Assembly: GCF_016433145.1 (NCBI RefSeq)
Contig: NC_058134.1
Location: 197,495,804-197,559,803 of the forward strand
Reading direction: 5' to 3'
Origin: Gracilinanus agilis
Lineage: Eukaryota
DNA length: 64,000 nt
Shown: piece by piece, positions 52,160-63,192 of the stretch
Numbering within the stretch: position 1 is the stretch's first letter
How the letters are laid out: the number at the start of each line of letters is the position of its first letter
Made by a program: the position numbers and the translations under genes
The notes under the pieces: model-generated
The model's database searches: none
Told to the model about the DNA's origin: nothing
The model's input: only the letters and a program-made list of their open reading frames with translations

Positions 52160-53340
52160 TACCTGTTTTACAGGTGAACAAAGAATCTGCGACTCCTTTC
52201 CTCCAATTTTGATAGCTGTCGAAGTAGTTAACAATACTTACAGGATTTAGGAATACCTTCCCAAGCAGGTGGATTTCCTCCAGTGTGCTGGAAATTCTTT
52301 AGATACGTCTTGTCTCCTGGGTGAGGATCCTGGAGGGAGAAGTCTAGAGGTCCAGCCTGACCTGCAGCTCCAGATTCATGCAGTTCATGGAAATGGATCT
52401 GCAAATCCTGTATATAAGAAGCAAGAGAAATGTCCCCCGCCTAGGAATGGTGTGTGTGTGTGTGGAAAGGCTCAGCCTCTATGGGGGACGTCCAAACAAC
52501 ATTTCAAATGGTGAGACGTGTAGATCTTCCCTAGGTCTGCTGTAAAACAGGGCTAAGGGGAGAACTCAGACTATTTCCAGAGAGTCTCAGGGCACAACTT
52601 ACCAGTCATGTTTTTTAAGTTTTCTATTCATGAGCTCAGCTTGGCCTTACCTCTGAGGATGGTAGGGTGTGTGGAATCTGGGAGTGGTCCCCAAACAAGA
52701 ATAAATCTGGAATAAAACAGGATTAGTAAAATGGATTCCCCTGCCTGAATCAATGTGTGCAGGGGGGCCAAAGCGAGGAACAATCTCCCTCGAGAGCATG
52801 TCAGCAACAGAAGCTCCTGTAGGAAAGTTTCTATCCATTTAGTGAGTCAGCCCACTAGTAACAGGACACATTTTATAATGCCCATCCTTAGGCAGAGTCA
52901 TAAAATCAATTTGCAAGTGCTCAAAAGGTGTGTAAGCCAGGGGACACCCTCAAATGTCTTGGTGTGGAAAGCATGTTGATTAAGTGCCTGGCAAGTGGGG
53001 TGGCTGCATACACCCTAGAGCAAGGGTTGGCAACCTTTTTGGCCATGAGAGCCATAAACGCCACATTTTTTAAAATGTAATTTCGTGAGAGCCATACAGT
53101 GCTCACAGTGCGGCTCCTGTAACAGCGCCTGAAAAAAAATTGACTTTATGGCAACTGCAGAAAGAGCCATATCTCAAAAGGGCCAGATATGGCTTGAGAA
53201 AAATACCTGGCCCTTAAAAGAGCCAGATATGGCTCGAGAGCCATACGTTGCCGACCCCTGCCCTAGAGGCTATGTTGGTGATAGCATGGTCTCTGGCAAG
53301 CTAATGAGCTTCCACCTATTTGGGATCCCTTCTCTTAATT
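52160..53340 (-). pseudogene. ERV integrase remnant
   Basis: HLQIDF 52902-52919, RFGPPAHIDSGRGIHFT, PYHPQ, SPFEMLFGRP 52485-52514, PGD...WEG..VLLTTSTAIK (GPY/F module); stops and frameshifts. Confidence 0.9.
53021..53260. mobile_element. hAT-Charlie-type MITE, 240 bp
   Basis: 14-bp TIRs CAAGGGTTGGCAAC / GTTGCCGACCCCTG; 8-bp TSD CCCTAGAG at 53013-53020 and 53261-53268. Confidence 0.92.
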
Positions 53341-53645
53341 CATGACCACCACCCATATTCACAGGTTAAAACACAATATGCTGTGATCAAAAATAATAAC
53401 AGCTAATGATTAGTTTATTGTACACAGTGTAACTCAGTTCTGGCTTTTGCCCCCAGAAGTTTGACTATAGAGCAATGGGGAGAGAGTGATGTGGTGAGGG
53501 TCTTATCCAATGTTCTAAATTCTGTGGTCAGCCCCTGACCCTAACCTTGAGATCAAGGGGGCTGATTGGATTAAGAAGAGAATCTAATGTAAATGAAGGA
53601 AACAAGATATCACCACAAACAATAGATGTGAGAGAAAGTCATAGG

Positions 53646-54199
53646 TGTAAGGGGGGAAATAGAGGTTTTATGGCTTCAATATATTAAAAGGTGGTTGCCA
53701 GGGGAAATTTCCTCAATTAAGGAATAATCTCAAGTCAAAATTGACTTTTATGGTGATTTATTTACAATTAGGAAGGTTGAAGGTAGGGAAATTGAGAGAG
53801 AGGAAAAAGAGAGTCAGCCTAACTTACCCAAGTGATAATTCAAAGGGAAGCAGTCAGAGGTCCTGCCAGAGTCTCAGCATTCCAATACTCCTCCATGAAC
53901 CAGAAGAGGTCCTCATCAGATGCTGTCTTCTACAGAAGACCTTCGATGACTGAGGACCTTCTCCTTTTAAAGGGGTCACTTATGCGTTACTTCCTGTGCC
54001 TCCCTCCTGATTTGCATGTCCAATCACAATAGATGATTCTCATAGTACTGCCTAGGGGGCAGTCAGTTGACTCTAGCACACTTGGGTTATTGACCTCCCA
54101 GAATTAGAGGTGTTCTCACCTTTGGTGATTAAATCTAAAGATGGGCAGTGTAGACAATCTATCACATAGGGAAACCATAGAGTATGGGTCATCATTACA
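53646..54199 (-). mobile_element. LTR of a second family (554 bp)
   Basis: TGTAA...TTACA termini; minus-strand AATAAA near 53757; TTTAAAA TATA-like box; no clear TSD. Confidence 0.7.
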
Positions 54200-55154
54200 A
54201 GTGACCATTTCTGGTCTTGGGCAAAAAGACCCAGATAAGTGTGAACTGCTCTTAAAGCAAAATCTGCATTTGTTGATAGAATGTGGCCAGAGAGAGATGG
54301 TGACACACTTCTTTCCCTCCCTTCCCCTTCCACATCTTTTCCCTTTCTCAGGGGAGAGAGCTGGATATGGGGTGGATTATCCACTCACTTTAGACTTTTT
54401 GCTTTCCTTTGGGATCTGGAAGCATTAACCTTTGATCTAAATGGGCACATGCATTTCGGAGTCTTTAAATATGACAAACTTGTTGAGCAATGTAAACCCA
54501 AGCTACTGCATTATTATTTATGGCTCATCTCCTCTGTATAGATGAAGAATATTCTCTTTTGTTTTAGAGTTCAGGCATAAAGGAGCTGGACTTGGGGGTT
54601 CAGAGCTACATATTCAACAAAGACCCAAGTATATTAGGTGGTTCTAATGAATGCCACAAGACAAAGAGAAGTATTCCTGTCTCATTCCTAGGAAAATATT
54701 TCTGGCAAAGGCAAGCCTTATGGTCCAAGAACAAGTAAGTTAAGGGAGCAGCCACTTTTCTTTCCTTTACTTGGAAGCAAGAGCATGCAGGGTTTGAAAG
54801 GAAAAATGCATCCAGAGGAGTGAGGAACAAGGAGAGCTCTGCCCATACCAACGAGTGACCCCATTTAGGAAATGAAATCAATTGATAGTTTTCCTGGCTC
54901 AGGGTAGTAGCTCAGTCTGCTTTGCGCTCCCGCCTCACTTGGTTATCATAGTATAGCATGAAAGGAAATCCATTAAGAACTCCTGTATGGAGAAATCTCC
55001 CTTTAGCCATTTCCTAAAATTCCTTCATTGTGACCTTCCAGATCTGTGGATGTGTCTGGGGGCGGTCCCCAAACAGTCCATGGTTATACAGAGAGCTTAT
55101 AGAAAGGAATAAGAGAAAGAAGGCAAGTATATACTCCTTATGTCAAGATTATAG

Positions 55155-55354
55155 GGGGCAGCTGGATAGCTCAGTGGATTGAGAGCTAGGCTTGGAGACA
55201 GGAGATCCTAGGTTCAAATCTGGCCTCAGACACTTCCCAGCTGTGTGACCCTGGGCAAGTCACTTGACCCCTATTTCCTAGTCCTTACCACTCTTCTGAC
55301 TTGGAGCCAATACACAGTATTGACTCCAAGACAGAAGGTAAGGGTTTAAAAAAA
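55155..55354 (+). mobile_element. Opossum-type SINE
   Basis: GGGGCAGCTGGATAGCTCAG head through AAGGGTTTAAAAAAA. Confidence 0.85.
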
Positions 55355-57464
55355 TTTAGGATTATAAACAAGGGAGAGTAGGGAATATGGTCATGGAAAT
55401 TAGTCTCTTCACTTTCATTTCAACAAGATTCATTATATGTTAGCCTTAGCATCTTGGGATTCTATTTCCTCTGGGAAGGCTGATGCTGATGGATTGCTTG
55501 GGTTCAGGAGTTCTACAGTAGGTCTAAAGCCAGTGGAGTGTTATCACTGAATCTGGCATAAATAGGGTGAGTTTCTAGGAACAGGGGACCACCAAGCTGC
55601 TTAATGAGGGGCAAAACTTCCCAGGTCAGCTATGGAGCAATCAAAGTTTCTATACTGATCTACAATGGGGCTGGGCTTACGAGGGGCTAAGAACTCATCT
55701 CAAAAAAAAAAAAAAATCTTATCCATAATGTTAGTCTTTATTGACTAGTCATTCATGCCCAGTGTCTTGATCTCTATCCTCTTCCTTATGGAAGCTCAGA
55801 GTCCAAATCCAAGGTCAAGAGAAGAAAGGAAAAAAGCCATCCCTAGGTGTCATAGTGGGTAGTTCTTTTCTCCCTCCATTTATCATATTGCTTCCTGTCT
55901 CAGTGGACCCCAGGAGCAGTCATTAGAGTCTCTGCAGCCTCTGCAGCCCTTTCTTTTTTAGAGACAAAGGATCAAAGACAGAGAGACAGAGAGAACTGGT
56001 TGTTTGTTCAGTCGTTTTCAGTCCAGTCAGATTCTTCATGACCCAAGTTAGGGTTTTCTTGGCAAAGATACTGGAACGGTTTGCTATTTCCTTCTCTAGT
56101 TCATTTTACAGATGAAGAAACTGATTAAATAAGACTAAGTGGCTTGCCCAGGGTCACCCAGCTAGTTAGTGTCTGAGGCCCCATTTAAACTCAGGAAGAT
56201 GAGTCTTCCTGATTCCAGGCATAGCATTCTAGTCTACACCACTGGGATATCCCATAAATTCTGTTCTGTCATGCTCCATGGAAGCCTCCTGGGCCTTTAG
56301 GTCCCCAAAGAAAAGTCCATATTGAAGAAGTGAGCAATTGTGCTTGTAAAAGGGCTTCTACCTATAGACTTCTGCCTTAAAAAATGCAGTAACTTTACTA
56401 CACTCTGCCGTTGCCCTTCCTGGCTTCCTTTAAGTCCCAACTAAAAATACCTTGCTTTTCCTTTTTCCCCAACCCCTCTTAAGGCTGCCTTGCCCCTGGC
56501 CATTTATTTCCCATCGATCCTATACATAGCTTGCTTCGGATGCTTTTATAGTCATGTTGCCTCTCCTGTTAGAGTTCAAGCTCCCGGAGGGCAGAGGGGG
56601 GTCTCTTTTCCCTTTATGTATCTCCAGGATTTAGCACAGTGCCTGGCACAGAGTAGGCATTGAATAAATGCTTATTGATCCATGGATACCATTCCTGGCT
56701 TCCACTCTGGCTCGCCTTCTCTTCCTTCCCTCCCCTCAATGACGAATGGAAGAAGGAACCCACTTGGTGTTTGTTTTCAGGTCAGCACTGTGACAAACTG
56801 AGTGTGAATCTGGGGGTGCGAGAGAGAAGGACTCGTTTGAGATGGGTGCAACCAGGGGGCCCAAGGAGGAAATACATAGCCAGAGAGCCTGGTTGTCTCG
56901 GCCATGGACCATTGTCTAGTGGACCTGTCATCATCTGTGCCAGCAGCACTGACCTTGTCCAGTTCACTTATTCACTCAACAGCCTCGGAAGGAATGCGAT
57001 GTATAAACTAGCCCACCAATATGCCTTCCTATGTGCTGGGGATACAAAGGAGAAAAAACGAGGTCTTTGCCCCTGAAGGAGCTCGGATTCCATCAGGCCA
57101 GACGGTGTAGGAATAAGTATTTACACAGGAGATCTCTGCAGTAGAAATCGGAGGTTAGGTCAGAAGAGAACTAGAGCCCCAGCAGGGAGGGGGAGGATTG
57201 ACTAGGGAGGAGGAAGCCTGGAAAAGGCCTCTTGCAGAAGGTGGCATTTCAGCTGAGTCTTGGAGGAAGGCAGGAAACAGAGCCAAAGAAGGAGTCAGGA
57301 GACCCAGAATCCTGTGTGAGGAACAGCAAGGAGGTCATTGTCACTAGCTCCTAGAGTTCACAGGGGAGCCAAATATAAGAAACTAGAAGGTAGGAAGGGG
57401 AGAGGTTGGGAAGGACTTTAAAAGCCAGGCAGAAGATTTTCTTTTTCTTTCTTTTTTTCTTTTT

Positions 57465-57641
57465 TTAAACCCTTAACTTCTGTGTATTGGCTCCTTGGTG
57501 GAAGAGTAGTAAGGGTGAGCAATGGGGGTCAAGTGACTTGCCCAGGGTCACACATCTGGGAAGTGTCTGAGGCCCGATCTGAACCTAGGACCTCCCGTCT
57601 CTAGGCCTGACTCTCAATTCACTGAGTTACCCAGCTGCCCC
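57465..57641 (-). mobile_element. Opossum-type SINE (second minus copy at ~57698-57893)
   Basis: T tail, core, ...CCCAGCTGCCCC head. Confidence 0.82.
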
Positions 57642-58789
57642 AGGCAGATTTTCTATCTGATCCTGGAGGTACTAGGGAACCCACTGGAAAAATTTTTTTT
57701 TTTTAAATCCTTACCTTCCATCTTAGAATTAATACTGTATATTGGTTCCAGGGCAGAAGAGTGGTAAGAGCTAGGCAATAGGGGTTAAGTGACTTGCCCA
57801 GGGTCATACAGCTAGGAAGTATCTGAGGTCAAATCTGAACCCAGGACATCCTGTCTCTAGGTCTGGCTCTCAATCCACTGAGCCACCCAGCGGCATCCTA
57901 CCTCCCTCAACCACTGGAATTTGTTGAGTTGAGGGTGGCATGAGTTGACATGACCTTATATTTTAGGAAGATCACTTTGGCAGCTGCTGGATGGGAGTGG
58001 GGAGAGACTTGAGTTAGGGAGACCAACCAGAGGGCTCATGAAATAGTCCAGGTATGAAATGCTGAGGGCCTGTGCCAGGGTGGCAGGTGAGTGTAGAGCC
58101 ATCTCGAAGAGTTCTGAAAGCAGAAATGACAAGATTTGGCAAAAAGGTTGGAAAGGACTAAGATTAGTCCCTGCCTTGAAGGCACAAACATCTACAAGGG
58201 GAGGGACAGAGCCTCCACAGATAACTCTATGTGAAGCAGACTGTGAATGATCTCAAGATAGGGGAACAAAGGTTCCCCCATTTGGTTGCAAATAGGGAAC
58301 CAGGGAAGGCTTCATGGAGGAGGGTAGCATTTGGGCTTGGAAGAATGGCTTGGATTTTAAAGGTAGAGACAAGAAGACAGGATGCTCATTAGAAAGTATG
58401 AATAAAGACTAGAGGGCAAAAATACAAGGATGAGTTTTGTAAATGGTAAATTATCTAGTTTAGCAGACTTAGAGTATATGAAATGGAGTAGGGAAAGAAA
58501 AGCAGAAAAGTTTGAATTCAAAGCACAGGGGATCTATAGAATGTCAAGCTAGAAAGAATTGGATTTTTTTAATTAGTTTTAAATTTTATCTATTAGTATT
58601 TATTCTAGTATAAGACTAGAAAGTATTATAAAAAGACTTTACTTGATAGAAAGTAATTTGTTATTTAATAGATTTTTGAGATGAGGAGAGGGGCATGATC
58701 AAAGGAAGATGAATCTGATCATGGGTGTAGTAAGGAAACTGGGGGTCAGTAGTCTGGGTTGGACTGAAGTTGGTGCTCTGAACAAGTTA

Positions 58790-59470
58790 AAAATCCCCAA
58801 TTAAACCCCAAATTGGAAATCCTGAGAAATCAAAGAAGAGATGAATAAAATTGAAAGTAGGAAAGCCATTGAACTAAGAAATAAAACTAGGGACCAGTAT
58901 TAGGAAGGGAAAAAAAAAACAATGAAATGGGTTCATTTGATTAAAAAAAGAAGAAAACAAAATGACCAGGACTAAAAAAACGAAAAGAGTGAATTCCTCA
59001 CCAATGAAAAAGAAATCAAAGGGGCAGCTGGGTAGCTCAGTGGAGTGAGAGTCAGGCCTAGAGACGGGAGGTCCTAGGTTCAAACCCGGCCTCAGCCACT
59101 TCCCAGCTGTGTGACCCTGGACAAGTCACTTGACCCCCATTGCCCACCCTTACCAATCTTCCACCTATGAGACAATACACCAAAGTACAAGGGTTTAAAA
59201 AAAAAAGGAAATCAAAACAATTATTAGGAGCTATTTTACCCAATTATATGCCAATAAATCTGACAATCTAAGCAAAATGGATGACTGTTTACAAGGATAT
59301 AAATTGCCCAGATTCACAGAAGAAACTGATGGAACGATCCCATCTCAGAGAAAGGAAGTGAATAAGCCATCAGCGAGCTCCCTAAGGACCAGAAGAATTC
59401 ACAAGAGAATTCTGCCAAACATTAAAAAAACAATTCATTTCTATGCTCTATAAGCTACTTGGAAAAATCA
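58790..59470 (+). mobile_element. L1 ORF2 fragment interrupted by a SINE
   Basis: IIRSYFTQLYANKSDNLSKMD and EFTREFCQTL..QFISMLYKL resemble L1 ORF2. Confidence 0.8.
59021..59206 (+). mobile_element. Young full-length opossum-type SINE
   Basis: Intact head, core and tail; near-TSD AAAAGAAATCAAA / AAAAGGAAATCAAA. Confidence 0.9.
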
Positions 59471-59735
59471 GGTTGGCACCATTCATGGAAATAGGGAAGA
59501 GAAGGAGCCAGGCCTGGGGGGTCCCTATTCACAAATCTGGCCTGAGGCAGGAGGTGCTGGAGGTCTGTTGGGGTCCTGGAGAGCGACATCATGTACTAGA
59601 GCCCCTCACTGAGTCGTCGCTGTGGCCGGGGGGCCTTGGGGTGGGGGGAGGCCCTCACTGAGTCTTCGCCCTTGGCCGGGGGTCCTTGGGGGTCCTGCGG
59701 GGGGTGGGGGGTGGGGGTTGGAGTCAGAGGTCTTT

Positions 59736-59973
59736 NNNNNNNNNNNNNNNNNNNNNNNNNNNNNNNNNNNNNNNNNNNNNNNNNNNNNNNNNNNNNNNNN
59801 NNNNNNNNNNNNNNNNNNNNNNNNNNNNNNNNNNNNNNNNNNNNNNNNNNNNNNNNNNNNNNNNNNNNNNNNNNNNNNNNNNNNNNNNNNNNNNNNNNNN
59901 NNNNNNNNNNNNNNNNNNNNNNNNNNNNNNNNNNNNNNNNNNNNNNNNNNNNNNNNNNNNNNNNNNNNNNNNN
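59736..59973. other. Assembly gap (N)
   Basis: Run of N. Confidence 0.99.
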
Positions 59974-60178
59974 GGGTTGGAGTCAGAGGTCTTTAGGAAC
60001 AGAAACACAACTGGGGCTCCTGTGGGGCCGCCCTGGGGCAAAGCGATCCAGGGAAACCAGATTCTTTTCCTTTCCCAAGTTCTGGGGTAGGCCGTGGGGG
60101 TGGGGAGCCGGGAACGGGCAGGGAAAGGGTTAAGGGAGCGGGTGGGGGTGGGGAGAGCCGGCCTATGGCAGGAGGACA

Positions 60179-60356
60179 CACCTGTGTGGCAGCCCTCTGC
60201 AGGCGTGGCCCAGGTGAGCCAGGCGGCAGGAGGGAGGAGGCAGGAGGCAGGGCAGAGGCCCTGATGTAGGCCCTGTAGACGCCGGGCCTCAAACTCGCGT
60301 CCACCATCCCATCCAGACCCCTGAATCGAGGGCGGTCGGGGGTCCGGAGGCAGGTA
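60179..60356 (+). promoter_or_regulatory. miR-200c/141 promoter with ZEB-type E/Z-boxes
   Basis: CACCTG 60179-60184, CAGGTG 60211-60216, CAGGTA 60351-60356 in GC-rich DNA upstream of the miRNAs. Confidence 0.65.
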
Positions 60357-60710
60357 GGTAAAAGGGGGGCCGGGGAGAGGCCGTGAGGCCTGAATGGCCC
60401 AACAGGAAGAAGGAATGGCGGGTGAGGAGTGGAGCTTCCCGGAGAAGACGCCTCAGGCCTTGGGGAAGTAGAAAAGAGGGAGAAAGGAGAGTGTGGGCTA
60501 GGCGGGGGCTGTGTGGACGGTAAGTGACTCCTCTGGCTCCCCCTCGGGCCTCAGTTTCCCACTCCGGGTTGGGGGGAGCCCCTCCGGCCCCCCCACGGTG
60601 CGTGTGGCCCCTCTCCAGCAGGAGGTGGTCGGAAGGGCCTCTGGGCAGGGGCCTGCCTCCGTCTCGCTGCCCAGACTTCGCGGTGCCTCCAGTGCGGCGG
60701 CCGGGACTGG

Positions 60711-60782
60711 CGCCCCATCTTACCCAGTAGTGTTTGGGTGCCTGTTGGGAGTCTCTAATACTGCCGGGTAATGATGGAGGTC
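60711..60782 (+). ncRNA. MIR200C: pre-miR-200c (5p 60716-60737; 3p 60756-60778)
   Basis: 3p TAATACTGCCGGGTAATGATGGA matches mature miR-200c; complementary 5p arm CATCTTACCCAGTAGTGTTTGG. Confidence 0.97.
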
Positions 60783-61143
60783 CTTTCCTAATGACGCCTC
60801 CCGCCACCTGCAGGCCCCAAGCCCAGAGATGGGACATGCACCCCCGCGTTGCCCCGTCCCAGGTGGGCTTCAGCTTTTTTTCTGATGGGAAGACTGGCCG
60901 GTTAGAGGGGCCCTGGGGGGGCTGAGACTCTCCCTCAGGCCCCGGGCGATTGGTCAGCTTTCCCTGAGGCCTGTGATTGGTTGACCTGTGAATCTACAGC
61001 CCACGACTGACCCACCGAGGAACTCTCTGGCCTGGCCTTTGCCTTTTGCTTTCGTTCCTCCCGGAGGCCTCTCCCAGCTGGCCAAAGAGGGACTCGAGAT
61101 CCCCCTGGCGATGGGTCTGCTCTGGCCCTGGATGTGCCCAGCT

Positions 61144-61228
61144 GGCCAGCTCTGGGGCCATCTTCCAGTACAGTGTTGGATGGTGAAGCTTCTAACACTG
61201 TCTGGTAAAGATGCCCTCCGGGTTGGTT
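61144..61228 (+). ncRNA. MIR141: pre-miR-141 (5p 61159-61180; 3p 61193-61214)
   Basis: 5p CATCTTCCAGTACAGTGTTGGA; 3p TAACACTGTCTGGTAAAGATGC. Confidence 0.96.
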
Positions 61229-61484
61229 CTCCCTTCGATGACTTTTGGCCCTGGTGATCTTCAGGGAGAGCTGGGATCCACAGAGAAGGCCCTGCTCGCG
61301 ATTCACCTTTCTAGAGTGCCCGGACACAGGGGTTGGGGGCTTCTGCTCTTTGGACCAGCCTGAGACAAGATGGCTGCCCAGAGGGTGGGGCAGGACTTTG
61401 CCTCAATCTTCAGTTGGAACTCATGTGACCCTTCCTGAATTTACATCCTTTTTTGTCAAAGGTTCCCCTCCGTTCTTTGTGATA

Positions 61485-61495
61485 AATAAAATAAA
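61485..61495 (+). terminator. Overlapping AATAAA pair, probable pri-miR-200c/141 polyA signal
   Basis: AATAAA at 61485-61490 and 61490-61495, about 260 nt after miR-141. Confidence 0.55.
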
Positions 61496-62877
61496 AAATA
61501 ATTTAAAAAAAAAAGGCCAATGAGGGACCTGGTGGGATTTGGGTAGCCATTGTGCAGGGTGGAGGTCCTTTACGGTATTTAGAAATGGCCCGCTAATTCT
61601 AGCTTCTCTGGGGATACCTCGATTCATCTTGGCAAGCTTTTTCTCTCAAGAAACTGAGGCACACCTAGGTGGCCCGAGGTGGGGACTGGACCCGATTCAC
61701 CGGACACCTACCTGGGGTCACGGGAAGGTACTGGCCAGAAGGCCACCAGGATTCTCACCGGGCAGGCTCATTTGATAAACTGACAGACATTGATGTAGTC
61801 ACAATTAAAGACGGCTGCCTGGATGAGTTAGTGCACTGCGGGGAGGCTCGGGCACCCCCATACTGCGCCGAGGGTAGCCAATCATCGAGGTCAGACTTAT
61901 GCCCGAATGACTCGAGGCGTGGAGAAAGCCCAGCGTCTTTCTGAAGAGCCCGTCTCCTCTTCCCGGGGAGGAACTCCCAAGGGGCAAGCCTCGCCAAGCC
62001 GCTGCTTACACCCTTGGGCTCTTTCACTCCCTTTAAGGAAAAGCTGCACGGGCTGTCGTGGGACCCCAGGGTCAGGCCCAGGCCCAGGAGCCCACTTGTG
62101 CCCCATTTCAACTTGGTGTCTACAACTTTAACCCTCTCAACGAAAAATCGAGCTGCCCTGCTGAGCATCTGCCCTGGAGCTCACTTCTATCTGCAAAATG
62201 GGAAGAATGCTAATAACTGGGCTATCCCCTGTGATCTATCCTAAGGTACAACCTCCCTTCCAGGCCTTAACTAGGCTCCGAAGATGTGGCCCATCATTCC
62301 AGGATAGGCCCCAGATCTCCTGGGATCTGGCTTTTAGTGTTTCCCATAGACTTCATTTAACCTGTATGAGTCTGAGAAGGTCAAGTTTTATCTCCAAATA
62401 TCAGAGATCAGGAAATGGGCTCAGGGAAAGCATCACTTTGCAACTAGAATCCCCTTTGGACATGATCCAAAGGCCTCGGAGAATTGGGGTGCCCTGGGCC
62501 TCTTCCCCATGAAGCCTGGGCCCCCACTGGGTATATTTGACTTCACTGGCTACAAAGAAAAATCTCTGACAAAACACAGGAGCAGGAGGCCACTGGTCAG
62601 GCTCAGCAAAGCTTGGGCTGCTGGAGGCGAGGACAGCTCCAAAACCAAAACTGGAAACTGGTTAATGCTCGGGTCTCGACCCACCTCTTCCTCCTGGCGC
62701 TGCCCTCTGCTGCCACTGTGAGGGTGACCCCCTCTCTGCCACTGAGCCTGATCCAAACACTTGGCACCCCCTGCTGGCGAACCAGAAGATAGATGTCTGG
62801 TAGGCCTGTCCCAGTGTTCCCCACTGGGAGAAAGCTAAGATCCCAAATAGTGCTGGATTCCACTTAAGTAATAAAAA

Positions 62878-62883
62878 TTTATT
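62878..62883 (-). terminator. PHB2 polyA signal
   Basis: TTTATT on + (AATAAA on -), about 280 nt after the PHB2 stop. Confidence 0.75.
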
Positions 62884-63164
62884 GAGAATTCCCAGGATAG
62901 CTGCTATCTCCTCCTGGCCTTGGAGGGACACCAGCTAGAGAGGAAATCACTAAGAAATCACACAGTCCTTACACCCCAGACCCCCAGCAAAATATGGGGA
63001 GGGGGATGGGGAAAGGAACATCTGTCAGTCTTCATTTATCCAACGAGTTGGGGAGGGGTGGTGGGTGGTGAAGGAGAGAAAGTCACATGATGGTGGGGTG
63101 AGGGAGGTGGACCCGTCTCAGCCTTGTTGGAGACCAGCTTTCTCTGGAGACCAGGAGGTCGCCT

Positions 63165-63192
63165 CTACTTCTTGCCTTTAATGAGGCTGTCA
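63165..63192 (-). CDS. PHB2: PHB2 last exon coding part
   Basis: CAG|TGACAGCCTCATTAAAGGCAAGAAGTAG. Confidence 0.95.

Noticed and set aside
53646-54199. This LTR as the 5' LTR of the adjacent ERV
   Set aside because: No similarity to the 48475-49783 LTR and no primer-binding site follows it
59021-59095. tRNA-like A/B boxes
   Set aside because: Heads of dispersed SINEs, followed by core and A tail; not tRNA genes
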